Both the position numbers and the translations under genes were made by a program. DNA of 45,571 nucleotides, from positions 1 to 45,571 of IMG/VR virus record IMGVR_UViG_3300047545_000063. One strand, 5' to 3'. The DNA is from a virus. Its lineage: Duplodnaviria; Caudoviricetes. Positions 39,160 through 44,996 of this stretch are shown piece after piece (the stretch's first letter is position 1; each line of letters opens with the position of its first letter). The notes beneath the pieces were generated by a model that had not been told where the DNA came from, did not search any database, and saw only the letters and a list, made by a program, of their open reading frames with translations.

Positions 39160-39345
39160 ATAACAGAATGATAACTTGCTTGATTTTGAAGGGGTTGCTA
39201 AATCGTTATAAAAATCGTTATAAAACTTTTATCAAAAAAGTACTTGACAAGAACGATTCGTGTGTTAGTATATATAATATTAATTAATAAAAGCTAATAG
39301 CTAGTTTATATATCTTATATATTTATATATATTATATATAAGAAA
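39160..39345. other. AT-rich non-coding control region, possible origin
   Basis: Tandem AATCGTTATAAA x2 (39201-39224), TTGACA at 39244 and an almost pure A/T tract at about 39270-39345. Confidence 0.45.
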
Positions 39346-39585
39346 TTATCTTTTAGCTAGATAATCTATAAATTTATCGTAGAGGTCATCGATCTTTGCC
39401 TCTAACTTATCGCTTTTGTCTTCTAATCTAGTTACCTGGTCCTTGATGCTCTGTCCACTGTTAGGCTTTAGCTCGTGCTTGATCTCTTCAAAGTAGTGTT
39501 TGACGAGCCAACGAACGCCCATTGACGCTGATGCAATTATTGTGGATACTCCGACGATTATGCCGATCCAGGATTCTACTGACAT
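39346..39585 (-). CDS. Small membrane protein with coiled coil (holin-associated type)
   Basis: Likely start ATG 39585; one TM helix, then ELKPNSGQSIKDQVTRLE and a coiled coil. Confidence 0.65.
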   Translation of the reverse strand: MSVESWIGIIVGVSTIIASASMGVRWLVKHYFEEIKHELKPNSGQSIKDQVTRLEDKSDKLEAKIDDLYDKFIDYLAKR

Positions 39586-39743
39586 ATACTTATAATTATA
39601 TAACAGTTTTATAACTCGGCGGTAAAGTTCTCGGCTGAAAATAGAGGTTTTAACACGGCGACGAAATAGAGAACCCAACCACACTCCTGCACTAAGAGTG
39701 CAATATGTGGACATAGTCTCTCTATCCGTGATATACTTTACAC

Positions 39744-39944
39744 ATGGGAGACGATGTAAAGTTTTTAGACCTTTTTGATCCAAACCAGCCTAGGTCCGAT
39801 AAAGAGATTATCGATGCAAGGCTGAGTGTTTGTAATGAATGTCCATGGCTTAACAAGGCATTGCAGAAATGTCGTAAGTGTGGGTGCTTTATGCATTTGA
39901 AAACTACTCTCCTGAACGCAAAGTGTCCAATTGGAAAGTGGTAG
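39744..39944 (+). CDS. Small Cys-rich protein (DUF6171-like), paralog of 34704-34946
   Basis: RLSVCNEC...CRKCGCFM.LKT.L....CPIGKW. Confidence 0.8.
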   Translation: MGDDVKFLDLFDPNQPRSDKEIIDARLSVCNECPWLNKALQKCRKCGCFMHLKTTLLNAKCPIGKW

Positions 39945-39946
39945 GT

Positions 39947-40546
39947 ATGAAAAAAGAAGAACTAGCTCCAGGAATCGTCCTGGTACGTGATGTAATCCCA
40001 GGGTATGAACAACTAATCCCCTACATTGAAATGTCTGTGCAAATGGGGCAGGTAGACTGGGAAAAAGCAGACGTAAGATCTTATGATGATAACGAACGCT
40101 CTACAAACGACAGTGTAAGAGATACACATATCATTGGTATTCCACATAACATGCAATACCAGGATCCAAATTTACCCGAACTCTCATTTGAGGATAGAAT
40201 GAACTCTATCTTTACGATGTTCTTCTCCCAATATGAGTATGACTATGCTAGAGATTACAAGGCTTTGATGTCAAAACACGAAGCTTACTCTATTTTGCGA
40301 TATCAGAAGGACCAACACTTTGCTGAGCACGTTGATGATCATCCAGAAAGAATGCGAAGAGTCTCTACCGTATACTACCTCAACGATAATTACTCAGGAG
40401 GAGAGTTGGAGTTTCCGAGATTTGGACTAAAGATCAAACCAGAAGCTAACTCTATGCTCCTTTTCCCCTCTAACCACGTATATAATCATATTGTGCATCC
40501 TGTATCAGATGGTGTGAGATATGCTGTAGCGAGCTTTGTGGGATAA
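39947..40546 (+). CDS. 2OG-Fe(II) oxygenase, paralog of 34120-34710
   Basis: ELAPGI, HVDDHP...YYLNDNYSGGELEFPRF...HIVHPV..GVRY; start ATG 39947 or GTG 39938. Confidence 0.92.
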   Translation: MKKEELAPGIVLVRDVIPGYEQLIPYIEMSVQMGQVDWEKADVRSYDDNERSTNDSVRDTHIIGIPHNMQYQDPNLPELSFEDRMNSIFTMFFSQYEYDYARDYKALMSKHEAYSILRYQKDQHFAEHVDDHPERMRRVSTVYYLNDNYSGGELEFPRFGLKIKPEANSMLLFPSNHVYNHIVHPVSDGVRYAVASFVG

Positions 40547-40589
40547 GGGATCAAGCAAGCTTGACCCAATACCGTCGAAAGTTTAAACC

Positions 40590-40832
40590 ATGCTAATGAG
40601 AATTATCAAATTTGTCAAATACTATCTAGAGCCTAGTGATAAATACGTTAGGGCTTTAGCGTATAATGCAGCTAAGGAGCATTTCTCTACACCTGTTAGG
40701 ACATCAGATAATCCATACCCCCAAGTTTTTGAATATGATCAGAGAAGGGATGCCTTTTTGAACTATCAAAGATCCTTTAATCATTTGCATCGTTGGAACT
40801 ATGCTAAGGATAAGCTTAAGCAAAAGCTATAA
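40590..40832 (+). CDS. Hypothetical protein
   Basis: 80-aa ORF, co-directional with its neighbours; no motif recognised. Confidence 0.55.
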   Translation: MLMRIIKFVKYYLEPSDKYVRALAYNAAKEHFSTPVRTSDNPYPQVFEYDQRRDAFLNYQRSFNHLHRWNYAKDKLKQKL

Positions 40833-40915
40833 ATGTATCAGTGTAATGATACAAATATAGATAATTAGTGCGTACGTGCGTATTTGTTATCGTTTTGTTA
40901 CATTTCATACCGTGT

Positions 40916-40960
40916 AAAATCTGAAAAATTTTGTATTTGGCAAAATCTGAATATTTTGTA
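40916..40960. repeat. Imperfect direct repeat AAAATCTGAA(A)(A/T)ATTTTGTA x2
   Basis: Copies at 40916-40935 and 40942-40960 in the non-coding gap before the small-gene array. Confidence 0.7.
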
Positions 40961-41130
40961 AAGATGTATGATACATGATCTACAGAAATAATCCCCAATA
41001 TATAGTGCGACCACATGCCTAGCCTGGTGCCACCTAACTAAATAAAAAACCTTTGCCTACTACGGCGTGTCTACTTGTTAAATGTCCGTGGGGTGTGCTA
41101 GATTTATCTTAGTAAAGGAAAGGATATCAG

Positions 41131-41241
41131 ATGTTTGCAGTGTGCGAGTTGTGTGATGTAGTAGTAGAGAAGGTTCTTATTGTAGAGGCTGGTGAGTATG
41201 GTTGTGAAATCTGCTGGTCAGAGTATGGTGAGATTCACTAA
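41131..41241 (+). CDS. 36-aa CxxC...CxxC micro-protein
   Basis: MFAVCELCDVVVEKVLIVEAGEYGCEICWSEYGEIH; has promoter and SD. Confidence 0.7.
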   Translation: MFAVCELCDVVVEKVLIVEAGEYGCEICWSEYGEIH

Positions 41242-41320
41242 TACCCTCGGCGTGTCGGACTTGACAATTGTCTGACCTACATACTAAACTAATAGCATAA
41301 AGAAAGAAAAGGAAAGCAAA

Positions 41321-41455
41321 ATGAATCTAGAAATCATCCTCAAAGACGGAACCACCATCTACCCATCGTATGACCCACAGCACAAGTCAGAAGTTCTAAA
41401 GTTCTACAAGTCAATGTATGAAAAGGGTCAAATCACTGGATGGGCTATCATCTAA
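41321..41455 (+). CDS. 44-aa hypothetical protein
   Basis: MNLEIILKDGTTIYPSYDPQHKSEVLKFYKSMYEKGQITGWAII; has promoter and SD. Confidence 0.75.
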   Translation: MNLEIILKDGTTIYPSYDPQHKSEVLKFYKSMYEKGQITGWAII

Positions 41456-41541
41456 TGGACACTCAAGAACTGGAATACCTAATCGGTCTTATTGACATAA
41501 TGCTTGTTGATGATGTAAACTTTTCTCAGGAAGGGAAATAA
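41455..41541 (+). CDS. 28-aa micro-ORF
   Basis: TAATG-coupled; MDTQELEYLIGLIDIMLVDDVNFSQEGK; similar to 43496-43591. Confidence 0.5.
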   Translation: MDTQELEYLIGLIDIMLVDDVNFSQEGK

Positions 41542-41543
41542 TA

Positions 41544-41765
41544 ATGAAGTATGTAATCCGTAGAGCAATCCTTGGTGTAGTATCTATCCCAGTAGTAGCA
41601 GGAACTTACATTGCCCTGTATGCGTTTCTTGTATTGGCAGGGGCAGACTCGTGGATGTCTTTTGATGAAGTGTTTGATAATGGTGTAAACATTGCTATTG
41701 TTGTAGCAATCATCCTAACCTTCTACCCTCAGTTTTCTAGGCTGGTAGACAAACTGTCCGCATAA
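41544..41765 (+). CDS. Small two-TM membrane protein
   Basis: 73 aa with two hydrophobic segments; SD GGAAGGG. Confidence 0.75.
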   Translation: MKYVIRRAILGVVSIPVVAGTYIALYAFLVLAGADSWMSFDEVFDNGVNIAIVVAIILTFYPQFSRLVDKLSA

Positions 41766-41890
41766 CCCCTATCGACTTGACAAACCAGTCAAGATCGAGC
41801 GCTCCGATTCGTTATCAATTTGTTACCAAAATAGGCTTGACAATGTCCTAGGTATGTGCTTAGATAGAGGTATAGAAAGAAAGGTAACAA

Positions 41891-42052
41891 ATGAACAAGA
41901 ACCTCCTAGACCTACAAGCCCTAGAAGCAGAACTAGAGGCAACCCTAGCATACTTTGAGCGTGTGGACTACAATGTCAGCAAGAAGCAGATTGATGACGC
42001 TATGAAACTAACCAAAGCAGTAAAGGCTCTCGGCTCTACTAAAAACTGGTAG
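41891..42052 (+). CDS. 53-aa helical hypothetical protein
   Basis: MNKNLLDLQALEAELEATLAYFERVDY...GSTKNW; has promoter and SD. Confidence 0.75.
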   Translation: MNKNLLDLQALEAELEATLAYFERVDYNVSKKQIDDAMKLTKAVKALGSTKNW

Positions 42053-42099
42053 ATGTCTTAGGGTAATGCTAATCTAAACTTATAAGAAAGGTAAAAGAA

Positions 42100-42234
42100 A
42101 TGATTGTATACGGCGTTGGTGTTCACTATGAGGGTATCTTAGATGTTTTCTCTACCCACGAAAAGGCGGAAGCCTTCATTCTAGAGCAGGGCGGGCATGA
42201 CTACTACTACATCGAGAACATGGAAGTAAAGTAA
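42100..42234 (+). CDS. 44-aa hypothetical protein
   Basis: MIVYGVGVHYEGILDVFSTHEKAEAFI...YYIENMEVK; has promoter and SD. Confidence 0.75.
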   Translation: MIVYGVGVHYEGILDVFSTHEKAEAFILEQGGHDYYYIENMEVK

Positions 42235-42411
42235 CGGCGTGTCGTGTTGACAAAACAGCACGACCCAAGCGCCCAGCCACTATATGTAGTAGCTCTGATC
42301 GTTTAAGATACTAGATCTAGATCCCCAGATTCGTTATAGTTTTGTTATCAAATAATGCTTGACAATGTCTGTGATGTGTGATAGGTTATAGATAGATAGA
42401 AAGGAAACTAA

Positions 42412-42513
42412 ATGATAACACTAACCTTCGAGACTTGGGAAGAGTTCGATAAGGCTATTGCTGGAATCGTCACCCTTGAGACCGCAATCGCTAACGGCGT
42501 GTCGCAGGACTAA
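42412..42513 (+). CDS. 33-aa hypothetical protein
   Basis: MITLTFETWEEFDKAIAGIVTLETAIANGVSQD; has promoter and SD. Confidence 0.65.
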   Translation: MITLTFETWEEFDKAIAGIVTLETAIANGVSQD

Positions 42514-42569
42514 ATGTCCTAGGTGACTGATAAGATAAATAAAAGGCTTCAAAAAGAAAGGACATTCAC

Positions 42570-42767
42570 ATGTCACTAGTTACAACAAACAACCAGGGTA
42601 TCAAGGTTCTAGCAACCAACCCATTCTTCTACACCTACCTAGACGGTAACCAGTATCTCGTCTGCTGTGGTGAATACCAAGATGTTCAGCGTTGCTTCGC
42701 TCACGACAACAAGGCAGGCTGTGCCTTCTGTGAGACAGACACCTCCGCTCCTTGTGAGTGTGAGTAA
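42570..42767 (+). CDS. 65-aa Cys-rich protein
   Basis: CC...C..H...CxxC...CxC; has promoter and SD. Confidence 0.8.
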   Translation: MSLVTTNNQGIKVLATNPFFYTYLDGNQYLVCCGEYQDVQRCFAHDNKAGCAFCETDTSAPCECE

Positions 42768-42815
42768 AATGTCTGACCTATCTGCTAAGTTTGTAGTAAA
42801 TCGAAAGGAATCAAA

Positions 42816-42980
42816 ATGGACAAGTTTCACAATGTAGACGCAGACCTTCGTATCTGTGCTTACTGTATGGACACTACTTACTCGTATGTTTGCCCTAACT
42901 GTAATGAGTATGACGGACTAATGCCGTTTACCTCGAATACCGAGGAATACTTGGGCGTAGACTTGCTAGAGTATTTGTAG
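42816..42980 (+). CDS. 54-aa zinc-ribbon-like protein
   Basis: CAYC...CPNC; has promoter and SD. Confidence 0.78.
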   Translation: MDKFHNVDADLRICAYCMDTTYSYVCPNCNEYDGLMPFTSNTEEYLGVDLLEYL

Positions 42981-43135
42981 CAACTGCTAGGGCAACACGC
43001 CCGACCCAGGCGCTCCGATCGATCAGCTTTTGTCAAGTTAAGAAGCTTAAAAGTTTTTTCCAGATTATCGGCGTGTCGTAGCTATAATGTCTGACCCCTA
43101 TGCTAGATTTATAGTAGTTAGAAAGAAGGAATCCA

Positions 43136-43288
43136 ATGACCGTTATGTTTCGTAAGACCACCTGCAATGGATGTGGACACTCTCAGGAAACCAATGTTTC
43201 TTACCGTCAGGACAAGAAGATGTGGCAGGCAACTCACACGCTGGCATTCTGCCTAGAGCAAAAGCAACTAGCCATGGCGTTTAGCTAA
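43136..43288 (+). CDS. 50-aa CxxC protein
   Basis: CNGC...H....C; has promoter and SD. Confidence 0.75.
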   Translation: MTVMFRKTTCNGCGHSQETNVSYRQDKKMWQATHTLAFCLEQKQLAMAFS

Positions 43289-43337
43289 AATGTCTGACCC
43301 CTGTGATAAAGTTTAGATAGTTAGAAAGAAGGATAAG

Positions 43338-43499
43338 ATGAACAAGTTCGACAAGTTAGACCTAGCCCTAAAGTTGCTAAAGTCAGAAATGACAAGCGAC
43401 CTAGCCTATGCCACAATGGTTGGCTACCTATCGGCTATGGTAGATGACAAGAGAGCAGACGCTGTTCTTGACCTCGTTCAGAAAAAGGTGACCAAGTGA
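43338..43499 (+). CDS. 53-aa helical hypothetical protein
   Basis: MNKFDKLDLALKLLKSEMTSDLAYATMVGYL...; has promoter and SD. Confidence 0.75.
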   Translation: MNKFDKLDLALKLLKSEMTSDLAYATMVGYLSAMVDDKRADAVLDLVQKKVTK

Positions 43500-43591
43500 G
43501 CATCGCTGAACTAGAGGAACTAATCTTCAAGATTGACTTGATGTTGTCTGACAACCCTGCTAAACTATTCTCAACAGAAGAAAGCGAGTAA
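43496..43591 (+). CDS. 31-aa micro-ORF
   Basis: GTGA-coupled; MSIAELEELIFKIDLMLSDNPAKLFSTEESE. Confidence 0.5.
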   Translation: MSIAELEELIFKIDLMLSDNPAKLFSTEESE

Positions 43592-43593
43592 CA

Positions 43594-43713
43594 ATGATTT
43601 TTTACAACGGATTCAACCTATTGGTAGATATCGTCCTTGTTAGCCTAGTGTATCTTTTTGCACACGGCGTTGGATTCCGCCGAGGTATCGAAGAGAACAA
43701 ACCTCCGTTCTAA
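43594..43713 (+). CDS. 39-aa single-TM protein
   Basis: MIFYNGFNLLVDIVLVSLVYLFAHGVGFRRGIEENKPPF. Confidence 0.7.
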   Translation: MIFYNGFNLLVDIVLVSLVYLFAHGVGFRRGIEENKPPF

Positions 43714-43857
43714 ACGGTAACACAATATCTAGTGGTGGTAACCAAGCCTGCTACTAGATGTTGTGCCGAGCGCCCCACCCAAACCGATCGATTTACGAAG
43801 CTTACGACACTTCCCCCAAATCCCCTAAATGTCTGATGTAGAGTGTATAATAAGACT

Positions 43858-44028
43858 ATGAAGAAAAATAAGAAGCCAATGAGCAAGACTAACAACGCCA
43901 TTCGTAAGGCACACTCAGCTGAGTTGTTCCGTTCTCTTATGCTATCCCCTCACCTAGTTGAAACCCCTGCTAACCGCAAGGGTAGCCGTCAGAGCAATAA
44001 GCGTAAGGCTATTGCCGAATCACTATAA
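43858..44028 (+). CDS. 56-aa very basic protein
   Basis: Likely leaderless start ATG 43858; ends KGSRQSNKRKAIAESL. Confidence 0.75.
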   Translation: MKKNKKPMSKTNNAIRKAHSAELFRSLMLSPHLVETPANRKGSRQSNKRKAIAESL

Positions 44029-44075
44029 TGTCCGACCCTACTGCTAATCTATAAGTATCTAAGAAGGGATACACT

Positions 44076-44513
44076 ATGATTGACTGGACTCTAGTCTATG
44101 ACAAGATGGAAGACGCTAAGGCTATTGCCTTTGATACCTGCCACAAAATCTACGTCTTGATGGACGACGAACAAGTTGCCAAAATGCGTGAGTATGACTA
44201 CGACCCTCTATACACCAAAGACGAGATGTCTGCTGGTGAGATGTATGAAACTATCAAGCATTGGTATGCCGAGAGTTGCCCATTGAAGTTTGTTGAGGCT
44301 GTTTCAACTGTTGAAGGCGACCCTAACGAGGGCTTTGAAACTTTGATTGGTCAAGGTGAGTCAGAGTCTGATGAGTGTGTTGAGTGTGGAGATGAAGATT
44401 GTGAAGGAGAGTGTCTAGATGAAGAACGTTGCGAACGTTGTGGCGATGACGACCTCTATGACGGCGACCTATGTAAAGACTGCTATGAAGATTCGCTAGA
44501 AGACGAAGAATAA
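44076..44513 (+). CDS. Acidic protein with Cys-rich C-terminus
   Basis: 145 aa; C-terminal CVEC...CEGEC...CERC...CKDC in a D/E-rich tract. Confidence 0.85.
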   Translation: MIDWTLVYDKMEDAKAIAFDTCHKIYVLMDDEQVAKMREYDYDPLYTKDEMSAGEMYETIKHWYAESCPLKFVEAVSTVEGDPNEGFETLIGQGESESDECVECGDEDCEGECLDEERCERCGDDDLYDGDLCKDCYEDSLEDEE

Positions 44514-44562
44514 ATGTCTGAGGCATAAAGTAAACTTATCTTATCAACGAAAGGAAAACACC

Positions 44563-44871
44563 ATGGGTTCACTACAAGCAGCAGAGATGGCAGAGCTAAT
44601 GACTATCGAGGATGGTCTAGCATGGCACTTGCGTTCTAACCACTATCCACCTGTTCCACTAGTAATGATTCAGCCTTGCTTGGAAGCCATTGAGGCTGGT
44701 CTTGAGGGTGACTGGGAGAGAGAGATTGCCCTACCGTTCGATGGTGAGAAGGATGGCAAGCCATTCCAGATTACTTGGCGTGGACTATCAACCGCACCTG
44801 CCTATGCCATCATCGAAGGACACCACCTTGACTCTTGGGTGACTCTTGACGAAGAGGGGTTGGAGGACTAA
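44563..44871 (+). CDS. Hypothetical protein
   Basis: 102 aa with WHLRSNHYPPVP and HHLDSW; has promoter and SD. Confidence 0.85.
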   Translation: MGSLQAAEMAELMTIEDGLAWHLRSNHYPPVPLVMIQPCLEAIEAGLEGDWEREIALPFDGEKDGKPFQITWRGLSTAPAYAIIEGHHLDSWVTLDEEGLED

Positions 44872-44996
44872 CCTCCACCCTTCGGGGCGCTCCGACCTCC
44901 GAGATCGATTTACGACACGATTAAAAAAGCTCCCGATTATGTTGACAATGTCTGACCCTACTGCTAAACTAAATAAGTAAAGAAAGGCAACCCCTA

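Larger units (their letters stand above)
41063..44970 (+). promoter_or_regulatory. Array of about 14 related promoters, (A/T)TGTC-N12-TANNNT
   Basis: Motif starts near 41082, 41268, 41843, 42053, 42365, 42514, 42769, 43087, 43290, 43544, 43829, 44028, 44514 and 44948. Each is followed by a GAAAGG-type SD or a leaderless ATG. Confidence 0.85.

Noticed and set aside
41766-44941. Spacer hairpins read as integron attC sites
   Set aside because: No consistent RYYYAAC/GTTRRRY ends and no integrase in the window.
41063-44970. Recurring AATGTCTGACCC motif read as a CRISPR array
   Set aside because: Copies are short, degenerate and about 150-600 nt apart with ORFs between them. They align with -10 hexamers, and no cas genes are present.
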